Positions 40,715-53,680 of a stretch of DNA of 64,000 nt are shown here, in pieces. Position numbers and translations under genes: made by a program. Position 1 is the first letter of the stretch, and the number at the start of each line of letters is the position of its first letter. The DNA comes from Mizuhopecten yessoensis. Its lineage: Eukaryota. The stretch lies in NCBI RefSeq assembly GCF_002113885.1, contig NW_018404202.1, forward strand, positions 456,631 through 520,630. The letters are read 5' to 3'. The notes beneath the pieces are model-generated. The model did no database searches and was not told the DNA's origin. It saw nothing but the letters and a program-made list of their open reading frames with translations.

Positions 40715-43700
40715 AGTTTAAACTTTGTTTTATTTCAGTTCAAGCATGTTATTACAATGAACAGAGAAGACAAAGGGAAATAGGAACAAGTGTCACAGAC
40801 ACTTATGTAAACCTATCACCAAGTATACTAAACAGCAACTAATATATTCAGTACGTGATAACACCATTCATACACACAACACACGCATATATATATACAA
40901 ATAATTAATGGAAATAACAATAGTTTAAACTTCCTTAGAGTAAGGTGGTTGGGGTAAGATATATATTGTACAAGTTTACATTTCATATTATTCAGTTATA
41001 GAAAATCTGCCAGTTTTAAATATATAATTATGTACAGCTAGAAATATTAACTTATTTTCAGCCAATGAAAACGAATCATCTCCAAATAATAATAACTCCA
41101 AAGTAATATTATGGGGCAAACATTGTAGGTAGCGTCTTCTTATTTGATCGTACCTGTTACATTCAATAAAAAATGTGTATTGCCTTTGACTTCACCACAC
41201 TTGCATAATGGAGATGGAGCAATATTTTTAGCAAATAAATGACCATTTAAGGAGCTACACTCCATTCGTAGTCGTGCGTGATATATTTGGCCCTTGCGGG
41301 TACCAACGTTGTAATTGGTAGGCGTTTTCTTAGTATGTTGCTTGTCAAGATAAGATTTAAGGCAGAAGTAGACGGATTTGATCGAACGTTTTGTGGAAGA
41401 CTATTCCATTGGTCTATAACAGAAGGTAGAAATGACTGCTTATAAAAGGAAGTTTTGGAGTAATAAAGGTATGGTGGGAGTTTCTGGTATCATATCGATG
41501 CCCTTCCGATACAGTACTTGGGATAAGGCTATATACATATTCAGGTGTATATTGATAGAACATTTTATGGAACTGGATAGTTTTATGATTTTGCCTCCGA
41601 TCGAATAAACTGACCCAAGCTGATTCATTGGAAAGTTTATCAATGCTTACTAATTTAGTTGCACCTGTTACAATTCGAGCGGCTTCAATATTGAGGTTTT
41701 CAAGTTTCTTTCCCAACTCATTCGGAATGTTCCCCCACACTATATCTCCATACTAAAGTAGAGGTCTTATAAATGAAAAATATATTGATTGTAAAGTATT
41801 TCTATCAAGCTGGAATTTTAAGGTTCGCATGAGGTTAAGTTTAGGTGACGTTTTAAAGATGATGTAATTGACATGATCTGACCAACTACCGTTTGAGGAG
41901 AAAAAGAGTCCGAGGTGCTGATAGAAAGATACGTTCTTTATATGAACTTGGTTCATATGTAAGAGAGGGTGATTGGGAGGGTTTCTTTTCCTACCTATGA
42001 GGATAGTTTCAGATTTATTTGGGTTAAAGTCTACAAGCCACTGGCNNNNNNNNNNNNNNNNNNNNNNNNNNNNNNNNNNNNNNNNNNNNNNNNNNNNNNN
42101 NNNNNNNNNNNNNNNNNNNNNNNNNNNNNNNNNNNNNNNNNNNNNNNNNNNNNCCCCCCATATGCGATAACAATTCTCGTAATGCACCCCTATTCGGAAC
42201 ACCTCTACTTCTGTATTGGATATGGGAAGCACCCGAAGCGTTTCGAGTAAAATCCGGATTTGCGCTGTCAGTTTTTTTTTTTTTCAATTACACATCAATT
42301 TTAACCCTGGCCTACTCCTTTAAAGAAAAGGAGAGTGAATGTCATAAAGGACTCGGATAGTGAATAAATCATGGCGTTTCATCTGCAATGAATACTATAG
42401 TAGTAGTCGGACTAATAATTACTGACAGCAGCGATTTGAAACGATATTTATTCAGAATTGACTGAATATCCTCTTGTAATAATCTGTTTCAGTTGACATT
42501 GTTGATTAAATTATCTAATTGTTTTTCCTGTTGACTTGATTTTTTGTTACTTGAACATATGATAAAAAGTTTATAATATGACCATTTTGGGATATGATAT
42601 CCAAATGGTCATATAATAACATCTAATTATATCATACACAATAGCATTAATGTACACCAAGAAGAGCAGAGGTCCAATGATAGAGCCTTGGTATACCCCG
42701 GCATTAATAGATGCCCAATTAGAACTGCAATTATTTAAATTAACTCTTTGTTTTCTGTCAAGAAGATAATCTTCAAACCAGGTTTATAACTTTCCACATG
42801 TGCCAAGTTTGAAAATTTTGAAAAGAAGGCCTTGATGCCAGACACGGTCGAAAGCCTTGCTGATATCATAGAATACTGCTCGAATTTCTTTGCCTGAGTC
42901 TAGAGCTTTACCAAAGTCGTTAGATATACTAAGTAATTGGTTTATAGTAGAGTCACTGGGTGTGAAACCTGATTGACAGCTAGTAATAAGGCTATTTTGA
43001 CGAAGAAAATTGTACAAATATTTAAATATGCAGCGTTCAAATGCTTTCTTAAGACACTTATTAGAGATATGGGACGATAATTCTTGACGTCATCTTGTTT
43101 TCCTTTTTTATGAACAGGTATGACGTTAGCTCTTTTCCATGACGATGGAAATTGAGACATGGCAAGACATTTGTTAAAAACTTTCCACCATGACTTGGAA
43201 CGATTTGGGACAGATAGTTCTAACGACAGTTTGATGAGATACTTGTCTTTGGACTACCTAATTAGGTTGACACACTTACTGCGTATATGTCTAAACTCTA
43301 ACAGGTCACAATCTCTATTAGTCTGTTTTGCCCTTTTATTTTATTTTTTACGTTTTGAAATCAACTTTTTGATGTCGTGACACATCCAAGGTAGAGATCT
43401 CTACTTTTAACCACATTAGTTTTGTTTGGAATACAGACATGGGAAATTCTCTCTAATATGTCTGTCCGTATTCATTACCATCGTTTTATACTTTTCAAAA
43501 TCAGCGTGCTTGTACAGCCATACCTTACGATTGAAGGATTTAGCTGTAGTTTTGGTAAAATTAAAAATTCCAAATACAGGACAGTGATATCGTAATGGTT
43601 TGTCTAGGAACGATTCACCAACAAATGTTTGATTTAATATTGAAGGGTTGCTGATATCTAATGAGATCTAGCAGAGAGGAAGTATTTTCAGTAAAATGGG

Positions 43701-44180
43701 TACATTCGTCCACTAATTGTGTTAGGTTGTATGTATCGATTATGTTACATAAGTGACCCTTGTGAGGATGATTTTGAAGTAGGTTTACATTGAAATCTCC
43801 TGTTATAACGATATCGAAAACTCCTGTGTTAAAAGATCGATCAATTGATTGCTCAATTTTATTCCAGAGTTGGACATTTGAATTTAGAGGTCTGTAAAAT
43901 GTTCCAAAAAAAAAAGGACTTTTTAAAAGAAATTTAAATCCAAACAGTTTCAACACCATCCACGTTAAGTTAAGATCATTTCGAGTTTTAGTAATGAATT
44001 CATTGGATACGTACACTGAAATCCCTCCCCCTACTCTATCATTTCGATAAAAACATATAGGGCTGTGATAACTAGGAATGTTTAAAGAGATATCATTATC
44101 TGATTCGTGAAGCCACGTCTCAGTAAAGGACAGGATGCTACATTCTCGTAACTCTGTACGTAATATATCCAGGAGATTTG
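40715..44180 (-). mobile_element. Degenerate CR1-type LINE (APE endonuclease + RT), interrupted by a gap/insert at about 42046-42570
   Basis: ILSFTETWL, GTFYRP, ITGDFN, WKRANVIPVHKKG..NYRPISL, FYDISKAFDRVWH, QGSIIGPLLFLVYIN, HLGLFFSSNGSW, HARLRMECSSLNGHL; multiple frameshifts; AATAAA-containing 3' end near 40715. Confidence 0.9.
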
Positions 44181-44607
44181 AAAATCAGAAGTTGCTTACC
44201 ATATTAATTTCACTGAAATATGGGTTTTTTCGAAAATAATANNNNNNNNNNNNNNNNNNNNNNNNNNNNNNNNNNNNNNNNNNNNNNNNNNNNNNNNNNN
44301 NNNNNNNNNNNNNNNNNNNNNNNNNNNNNNNNNNNNNNNNNNNNNNNNNNNNNNNNNNNNNNNNNNNNNNNNNAATTGATAGAAAATGTTTTAATGATTG
44401 GTGTGTGATTTGACCAGTAACTATAAGGTCCCAATCTGTGTTAGCTTGGAAGACAACAGTTCAGAAATAATTGTACTTAAAAAGTCTAAATGGTTTATGT
44501 AGTTGTTACCGAGATCGTTTGTTAAAATACGCCATTAACAATCAAAACTGTTTAATATTCACAGATTCATATATATATGAAAAGTAAATGGAGACGAGCC
44601 GGTAACA

Positions 44608-44900
44608 CGTGCTATGTGGTTTACTCCTGTGCTATGTGGTTTACTCCTGTGCTGTGTGGTTTACTCATGTGCTACATGGTTTACTCCTGTGCTATGTGGT
44701 TTACTCCTGTGCTGTGTGGTTTACTCATGTGCTACATGGTTTACTCCTGTGCTATGTGGTTTACTCCTGTGCTGTGTGGTTTACTCATGTGCTACATGGT
44801 TTACTCCTGTGCTATGTGGTTTACTCCTGTGCTGTGTGGTTTACTCCTGTGCTACATGGTTTTACTCCTGTGCTACATGGTTTTACTCCTGTGCTATGAG
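44608..44900. repeat. 20-bp minisatellite with 60-bp higher-order period
   Basis: GCTATGTGGTTTACTCCTGT variants cycling in threes. Confidence 0.92.
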
Positions 44901-45278
44901 CTACTCCTTTATGAAAAGACCTCGCCGTGGATCAACCTGGAGTAAATGTACCGAACAACAGCCCTATCAGTGCATGGTTAACACACAATACGTTGAATTT
45001 AATTAGGGTACAGCTTACCCTTTCAGACATGTTTTTCTTAATATTTCTTCTACAACCACTGTAGATTTCCTTACTCCCGACTCATTGAAAACCCGCTCGG
45101 AGTTTGCAAACATTTTTCACTCTAAACATCGTTTCATTGGTCAGTCCTCTAATGATAACGCCAGGTAACAATCCTTTGAGACGCTGTCCTCCATTATGAC
45201 GTCACAGTTCATGGTCAATATTGTATTCCCAAAAGAAATGTATGGTTTCCTAGATCTAACATCTGCACGTTGTGGGAG

Positions 45279-45455
45279 ATAAAGGTATCCAAACACGTGA
45301 TGGTTGGTTATCATGGTTATCTAACTCTCGTTAGGTCGTTTTCACATTGTAAATGATGACATTCGGTAAAGCTCGTGTCTTAATAATTCAAAAAATAACT
45401 AACTCGAGATACATCAACATGATAACCATAAAACACTTGTTGGGAAACCTCTATT
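45279..45455. mobile_element. Degenerate palindromic MITE-like element
   Basis: ATAAAGGTATCCAAACACGTG..GGTTATCATG versus CATGATAACC..CACTTGTTGGGAAACCTCTAT. Confidence 0.5.
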
Positions 45456-48400
45456 TATATTTAACTCAAATGAATATTTCATGATAATGTCAATCGTAAC
45501 AACATTTTGTCTTTACGTCTTTGCCATTGATATAGCTGTGAGAACAATGGTAGTATTTCAACATATCCTGGAATAACCATTACGGAATTTCTTAATGGTG
45601 GAAATTGTTATTGTATAGCACATGATTTTGTTACAGGAGCTATATCCATACGTCCACAGAACGTGGACAGTCAGTTTCAAATATTTCTGATGTGCATTTG
45701 CTTGATTCCCTCCACTTGTATGCATTGATAACACAGACAAAACAGTCGTCTATGTTATTGTTTAGGTAAAATTAGGCAAAACATATGTATGTATCATTCA
45801 TAACGGAAACAAAATTTGACGGTTATAGAGAAACATAGGATCACCACTAAATACTACTTATAAATACAAATAACACGTAGGAGCAACCACTTCACAAACA
45901 AGTTGTCAAAGCCTTGTAGCTATTATTTCTAATGCTACTTACTCGAGGTCGATTCTCTTTCACACGTATGAATTGTTTTCAAGAACAAATCTGGTCAGTC
46001 CGGTGACTAAAGAAACATCTGAACCGCGACCATCCGTATTAAGGAAAGAGATTCTAACTCGATAAGGTTTGTATCACAAATGTACAAATTGTGTGATTAA
46101 TATTTTTAGTTTGTATCAGAAATAACTTATAAGTTACAACTCATAAACATTGTGTTTACGCGATTGGACAAATTACATGGAACAATACCATACACCAAAA
46201 TGACCTTACATAACGATGGCCAATGGCCAGATTAGCCAAAAGTGAAACTGTTAATATCAGATATCGCCTGGCTGATGTAGTGACTCTGAGTTCGGCTTGA
46301 GATACATGACAAACATTTCAAAAGCGCAAACATTGGTTGCAGTAGATCATAATTGACTTAGATAATGTGGAAGGGAATGTCTACGACAACCGTTTTTTAA
46401 TTAAGCCTACGTCTGATACTGTAAAAGTACATATATATATAAGTGGTAATCTTATTTTAACATTTGCGCGCTTGAAATAGTGCAATAAATAATGACTGAT
46501 CCACCAAACTGCTTTCTACTGAATCTTTTGTTGGAGCGCAAACTCTTAAATGCGCTTATCCGTTAAAATTCGGTAAAGCGTTAAAAAACGAGTGCGCCAA
46601 AAAAGGTACATTTATAATATACATATTTTCTGTTTAAAAAAATCCACCATCGTGGTAGAGTTTTTGATCAATATACAGATATCATTACTGCACTTTGCCT
46701 GTTTCAATTGCTTTAAATTTATATAACTATGTTAAGTGCACTGGGTGTTAAAATAGGTGACTCGCTCGTTATGAACGAAATAACTTTTTTTTTCGGTCTA
46801 GTGTTCATGACAATTACATACTTTTCCTTTAAAGCGTTAGTCCAGAACTGAGTGAATGATAAGAACAGTAACAAAAACATGCTCGAGTCCGAAGATGTGT
46901 TCATCATTTATCTAAATACCTCCGCCTATGTTCATAACTTCTCGAAGAAGTCGACCTTTGAATAGTTTGTTGTAGGGTGTGACGTTGACGAGGACAAATA
47001 ACCATCCAAACACCAAATATCTAATGCTCTGCTATATGGTAAACTGGTGCTTTTATCGAAGGTTTGTCAGAAGGTCTGATTGTTTCGCCATGAACCAAAC
47101 TACATCATGCATTCAACTTCAATGACACGATACAACTACACTTTAAAATTTTGAGTTTCGTCTTTATTTATATATATTGAAAATTAATCTGAACAAACCT
47201 AGTACAGTAACAACAAAGGGGAATATGAAAATGACATCGAAAGTGAGAAACGGCTATATAATCTCAACTGCTACAAAAGTGTTGACAAAAATCGACAAAT
47301 ACATTGTTGAGAAATTTGATAGATTTTCCAGTTATATGTTCATAAGACATGTAATAACTAAGGTACATGCCATTTCATCAATAGCTTTTCAGTGTATTGT
47401 ATTTTGAACGTTTAAACGCTCGTATGTTATGTCTGCTGCGCGTAAGACAGTAATATTATTTCCCAAGCAAAATCCCGCTCTTTAAACCTTTTAAACCATT
47501 TTCGCTCTTTGATAGATGGTCCCCTCTCCTTGAATAACTAAAGGGTTGAAAAACAAGGGCAAACTGTTATAGTTTAACAATAAACATCAGACTATAATGC
47601 TTCAAATTATATTTATTCCTGTAAAAACAGTAAATAATCAGACATTAAACGATATATACACAAAATGGTAAAGCTTTAGTTTGGCAAGAGTACGTTTATA
47701 AAACAATGTCAATATATTTGATATCAGCACAAAAAGCTTATTGATACTAATAAAAGAGAAAAACGTTATTTCCTTTTCCATAGCATAGGAGGACTGGACA
47801 ATGGCTATTTTTAACAATCATCCTGGTCAGTACATAGTTACACAATTATTTAAAGGCAACTTATTCCACGATACTTAACCATGGTAAATATAATTACTGT
47901 TCATATAGTGAGATTGTTTTTCAGTGCTACAGTTTCATGGAAAATGTCACGTAAAAATACAAGCTCACATTATAATCTTAGTTTGATAATGTTATCTTTT
48001 ATTACTTTTCATTGATAAAACATCAGCTCCACTTACAACACAAACAAAACGAACTCGCGTTTACTCTCCCCATGATCACAAACACTACTCACAAAAATAC
48101 ACATACATCACATACAGCACGAACACACATTCGCATAATCACAAAATACCTAATACAATTAATAAGAATGTTCAGACACACGTAAGTACAAAGAAACATA
48201 CACGGACATTATTTCCTCTCAACCGTACAATACAAACCGCACATTTAAAATATTGATTAAGTAAGACAATACAAAATAACTTTCAGGGTGCAAACTCTAG
48301 CTGGAGAAAACACTAAATTTGTCGAGTATACCTGTCATTTTGATTGTTCAAATTAGGTTTGGTCAAGGGGAGATAATAGAACATTTTACTGATTAAGTCA

Positions 48401-49024
48401 AATAAATACTCCAATCAAAGTCAGAAGCTGATTTGTGGTATCTGTTATTTGTTTATGATATATTTCGTTAATATATATATACATATGCAAATAAATTCAA
48501 AAGGAAACAATTATACTTCTAAGCTACAAAAGTAAAGTAATTGTTTTTATATCCCTAGCTATAAGCTTTATATAAATATATCTGGTCAAATATCAACAAG
48601 ATAGAAATATGTCTGTTCATCACTGACGGGATTTGATACAAACCTGCTCTGTTATGAAAAGGCGAGGTGAGGCCATGACCTCGGTACACGCCTCACATGC
48701 CAGATAGCTAAAATGGCAATCATTAAAAAACCCAATCACGTGTCTGTATTATTCCTCGTTTCCTGTTCCCATGAGTGCCCTCTGTGAACTATCAGTCAAT
48801 GATCACATCTAGTACCCTGCTTTATTATTACGAGAATCTTACAACATTAACAGTACAACGCCAGTTTATGACTGGTGACCAAATAGTGTCCGAGATTTAT
48901 ATCATTAATGACGAACGTAGAAAATTTACAAATATTCATATAAATGATCATATGGTTTTACTTTAGTGATCTCTACCTATATACGAAAATTCAGCTAATT
49001 GTACTAAATTGTTAATACCACAAA

Positions 49025-49680
49025 CACTGTTATAAAGTGTTTAGACGATAATCTGAGTAAAGTTACCTTATTACATGTAACTGTTATCAAGTGTTGAGAA
49101 TCAGAATAAGGATACCAAACAAACTGTTACAAAGTGTTTAGACTCAGAGTGTAAAGTTACAACATAGACTTTTATATAGTGTTTAAAAGATACCCAGAGT
49201 AAAGTTACCACGCGAATCATAATAAAGTGTTTAGACTCAGAGTGTAAAGTTACAACACGGACTTTTATATAGTGTTTAAAAGATACCCAGAGTAAAGTTA
49301 CCACACGAATTATAATAACGTGTTTAGACTCGGAGTAAAGTTATCAAACGAATTATAATAAAGTGTTTAGACTCGAAGTAAAGTTACATCACAGACTATT
49401 ATGAAGTGTTTAGACTCTGAGTAAAGTTATCACACGAATTATAACAGAGTGTTTAGACTCGAAGTAAAGTTACAACACGGACTATTATTATGAAGTGTTT
49501 AGACTCAAAGTAAAGTTATCACACGAATTATTATAAAGTGTTTAGACCCAGAGTGTAAAAGTGCAACACGGACTATTATAAAGAGTTTAGACTGAGTAAA
49601 GTTACCACTTGGACTTGTATAAAGACTTTAGACTTAGAGTTCAGATACCACATGAATCATTATAAAGTGTTTGGATGATA
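49025..49680. repeat. Degenerate ~40-bp minisatellite downstream of the gene B stop
   Basis: Recurrent ATAAAGTGTTTAGACTC.GAGTAAAGTTA. Confidence 0.8.
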
Positions 49681-49777
49681 GTATGTGTAAAGTTCATAGT
49701 TCTTCTTAACCTTGTCATTCTAATTATATTCGACTATTCAGCAACATGATATTAATGATTTTCGATCCGGTTAACAC

Positions 49778-50378
49778 TTACACACCAGTGTCAACCTCAG
49801 AGTAAATGACTCTGTCAGCGTTAGATGTAGGCTTTGGTCTGACAGGGGGACGTGACCGTGGTCGTGACGTTGTATCATCCACCTCGGCGTACATTAAACC
49901 TTCCTGGTTTTTATATCGAGAGGGGCGTTTATTGTCATCGTTATGCAATTCGTCTTTTGTATTATTTGCCCCTTTCTTTGGTTTATTAACTACGGCATAG
50001 ACGTCACCAGAGGGAGTTGTCTGTGAATGTTCTGTATGGTTCGAATGTTCCGTCTCAGAATGTGTATGCTTGTTTGGTTTATTAACTACGGCATAGACGT
50101 CACCAGAGGGAGTTGTCTGTGAATGTTCTGTATGGTTCGACTGTTCCGTCTCAGAATGTGTATGCTTGTTTGGTTTCTGAACCTGTGCGTATACGTCACC
50201 GGTCTCCGTGACGATATGGTTGGTATCCGGATCTCGAGGTCCGGCCGATTCGTAGAGGGAGTTGTGAGTTATTGTGTCCACACCTTCATTGTGATAGAAT
50301 TTGGGTGTTGTGACAGCGTAAGGTTGGATGTCAACGGCAAAATTACCCTCTGTCCTCTTCACATCTGCACCTTTTTTC
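49778..50378 (-). CDS. Receptor gene B cytoplasmic exon with ITIM-consensus motifs (LMYAEV, VIYSEV), ends DTGV*
   Basis: ttttatatcag acceptor phase 2, within ORF 49778..50392; shares DTITHNSLY.SAGPR.PDTN.IVT.TGD.YAQVQKP with gene A. Confidence 0.88.
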
Positions 50379-50644
50379 CTGATATAAAACAAACATTAGT
50401 GTACACAAACAATAATCATTACCTTTATATGTAATATTTACATTTTAAATATTAGTCTGGGCATGTAGTAAATAATTGTATAAGAGTTTTAACAAGAGCA
50501 ATATCAATACATGTATAACACGAAAACCGATCGTCTAATGTTCAACATTAAATATCATTTGGTCATATAGTGTAGTGTTTTTATACTAATAAATCCATGA
50601 CGGTTAGACAATCTCCAGTTAAAATAATATGTGGGTCAACCTAC

Positions 50645-50726
50645 CTTATTATTATAACTACTATCACAATGATAAAGATGATGACTAAAACAGCACCGCC
50701 ACCAGCAGCTCCGGCAATGACCCCAA
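50645..50726 (-). CDS. Receptor gene B transmembrane exon (VGVIAGAAGGGAVLVIIFIIVIVVIIIR)
   Basis: tttcag acceptor, AG|GTAGGT donor, 82 nt phase 1-2. Confidence 0.87.
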
Positions 50727-51588
50727 CTGAAACACATCATAGATAAATACAGACGTAAGTAGAATCAACTTCAAAGTGACACTTTGTTAAACTCTAGCGT
50801 TACATAGCTTCAAAAGCCAAACATGGTCAGTATTCTTATACAATCAGTATGTTCTGTCAGAATCGTCTTACAATTTAAACCAGCAGAAAATAGAAACTGT
50901 GTATAAATAACAGTAAAATACAAAGCAATAACTGTAAAACGTACAGAAACATTTTCTTTCAGAATTGTAACAAACATTACATTTCATTTAAGACCGATTC
51001 ACCCAAAGTTGTCAAACGAACACCAAATTACGCACACATTGCACCAAGGCCACAGAGATCAACAGCAGTTTTGGAAAAGTACGTGACCATATCACTCTGG
51101 TCGTCACTTCTGTCGAAGTGAAACCATTACTCGTCCGAGAGCAAGATACGCGCCGAATCCCGTTTAGTAAAGCGGGTTTTTTCCTGCACCTTGTAATCCA
51201 AGACTTGCAACACTGAAGATGACGTTTTTGAAGAACAAAGCGAATAACTGGAAACTGAACGATTGTTCCGTCCATGCAGGCGATTGCTAACAGTTCTTGG
51301 TTTGATTCTCCGTTATCCATGTATTCACCTTTTTACATTCAAACCTGCAGTTATGAAGTGGTTCCACATTTGTACAACCCAGATGTAAACGTACTGACGT
51401 ACTGACGTCACACGCGGACGTCCTCACCTTGGGCGGTCCCTTGTGTTAGCAGACAATTTTAAACGTCTCCACAAGGCATGAATAGTGGTATGATGCACAC
51501 AAAAACGTCTAGCAACATCATTTTAACAGCCTGAATCATTATAACCGCTTGGTTTCTGACATTTACACTCATTAGAAGCAAAGCTTAC

Positions 51589-51639
51589 CAAACACGTTCA
51601 CCAGAATATTTGTTTTCCGTTTGTCTTGGATACTAAAAT
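51589..51639 (-). CDS. Possible gene B juxtamembrane micro-exon (DFSIQDKRKTNILVNVF)
   Basis: Pyrimidine-rich tract + ctgtag acceptor, G|GTAAGC donor, 51 nt phase 1-1 open; no counterpart found in gene A. Confidence 0.4.
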
Positions 51640-51849
51640 CTACAGACAGTAACAAGGTTGGTGAAGAGAATGAAAAACTGTCATGCTATCTCCTAAAATC
51701 GAAGTTATGCACGTGCAAAGGACGAAATTTGCACGCACACAAAACGCATTCACTCGTGAAGGTTGTTAATGAGTTTGTGTAAAGTTTCATGACGAATAAT
51801 ATATAATAACTTCGTATTTTGTTATTTACATGAACGCTAAGTTTTTTTC

Positions 51850-52414
51850 CTGTTAGTATATCAGTAGGTATTACATATTTCCTATTGCCTATATCAGTAG
51901 TTATTACATACTTCCTATTGCCTATATCAGTAGGTATTACATATTTCCTATTGCCTATATCAGTAGGTATTATATATTTCCTATTGCCTTTATCAGTAGG
52001 TATTACATACTACCTATTGCCTATATCAGTAGTTATTACATATTTCCTACAGAATATATCAAAGATGTTACATACTACCTATTTCCTGTATCAGTAATTA
52101 TAATATATTCCCTATTGCCTATATCAGTAGGTATTACATATTTCCTATTGCCTATATCAGTAGGTATTATATATTTCCTATTGCCTTTATCAGTAGGTAT
52201 TACATACTACCTATTGTCTATATCAGTAGGTATTACATACTACCTATTGCCTATATCAGTAGGTATGACATACTACCTATTGCCTATATCAGTAGTTATT
52301 ACATACTTCCTATTGCCTATATCAGTAGGTATTACATACTCCCTATTGCCTATATCAGTAGGTATTACATACTACCTATTGCCTATATCAGTAGTTATTA
52401 CATACTTCCTATTG
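51850..52414. repeat. 33-bp minisatellite abutting the end of gene B exon 4
   Basis: Unit CCTATTGCCTATATCAGTAGGTATTACATATTT. Confidence 0.92.
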
Positions 52415-52420
52415 ACTTAT

Positions 52421-52606
52421 CCTTTACGTAGTTGTATCCGCCATTTACATCACCACCATTGTCTGTAATGTTTGTAACGGTCTGCACTGAACTGGAGCTA
52501 GGGGTCGTTATCGTCGTCGTTGCAGGGGTCGTTTTCGTTGTAGGGGTCGAAGCAGAAGAAGCCCCCAATTCGCCCGCGTCATCACACGTAACCGTTATAT
52601 TTACAC
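52421..52606 (-). CDS. Receptor gene B exon 4, last ectodomain Cys + Ser/Thr stalk (3' end uncertain)
   Basis: ttccag acceptor phase 1; VNITVTCDDAG..STPTTKTTPATTTITTPSSSS; donor either non-canonical G|ATAAGT (exon end 52421) or weak GT donors (exon end 52457 or 52454). Confidence 0.7.
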
Positions 52607-52930
52607 CTGGAACGACAACACGTTTCCATAACCTAGAGAACTAGCTGCTTCAGTCTGATTTGAGAACCTATACAAGTTACCATTACTTTTTTAAAATATC
52701 ATAACGATTCATCGTGTTTCCTAAATGTCATTGTGTTAATCGAATAGGTGCAACGTCATATGATTGTTTTGTTTAACAATTCCCTGAGGCATTAAATTTG
52801 ATACTAGTACTAAGCAGTTGTGTTTATTTTGTCGTTTAAAATAATGTTACCACGTGTGTGGTTTAACTACAACATTATTGTAGTATAATGAACAGGATTA
52901 TATCACAGTAAATGGATTTACTTCACTCAC

Positions 52931-53287
52931 CTGTTCTAATAAGTATACAGTACCCAGATTGCCACTGTATGTTGTTATTGACTTTGGATAAAGTTATATT
53001 TAACAGTTCACTGCTGGCAAAATCACTGATGATATCACCAGTAATCCGTGTGCATTGATATTCAGTATAAGTATTAGTCGGATGTCTGTTAAATCTAAGG
53101 ATGCTTCCACAATCAGACGCCGGTGCTGTTCGAGAATAAGGTCCAGTTTGTAAGTTGACAGGACCTGTGTTAGTCCCACTAAGACTAACTGTACATCGAC
53201 AACTGTCGTAGTCTAACACTCCTGTGTCGTACGTATCTACCACCACACGTCCAGATGTCAGTGATCCATTCCTACACATCGGCAACA
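52931..53287 (-). CDS. Receptor gene B exon 3, Cys-rich ectodomain
   Basis: ttacag acceptor, G|GTGAGT donor, 357 nt phase 1-1; MCRNG..RVVVDTY..CRC..AP..CGSIL..C..WQSGYCIL. Confidence 0.87.
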
Positions 53288-53566
53288 CTGTAATACCAAA
53301 TGTACCACATTATAGCGAATGCATTGATTCATAAAAGTAGGATGTTCGTTTGGGCTTTAAAATTTACTACCTCGATTTAAATGTTAGGGTACGAAGGAGC
53401 GAGAATGCAGCGGCGAGGGAACATTGATATTTGACCCTAACTGGACACCATATAAAGATAGTGTTTTTTGTAATTATCCTCAGTATTATAATTCTTTAGA
53501 ATATTCTAAATATGCATGTAAACCATATAATATTCTAGTAACGCACTGGTTATGTATCAAGTACTC

Positions 53567-53680
53567 ATAACTATCATGTTGATAACTATCATGTTGATAA
53601 CCATCATGTTAATAACTATCATATTGATAACTATCATGTTAATAACTATCATGTTAATAACTATCATGTTGATAACTATC
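53567..53680. repeat. 15-bp minisatellite
   Basis: GATAACTATCATGTT, about 7 copies. Confidence 0.9.
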
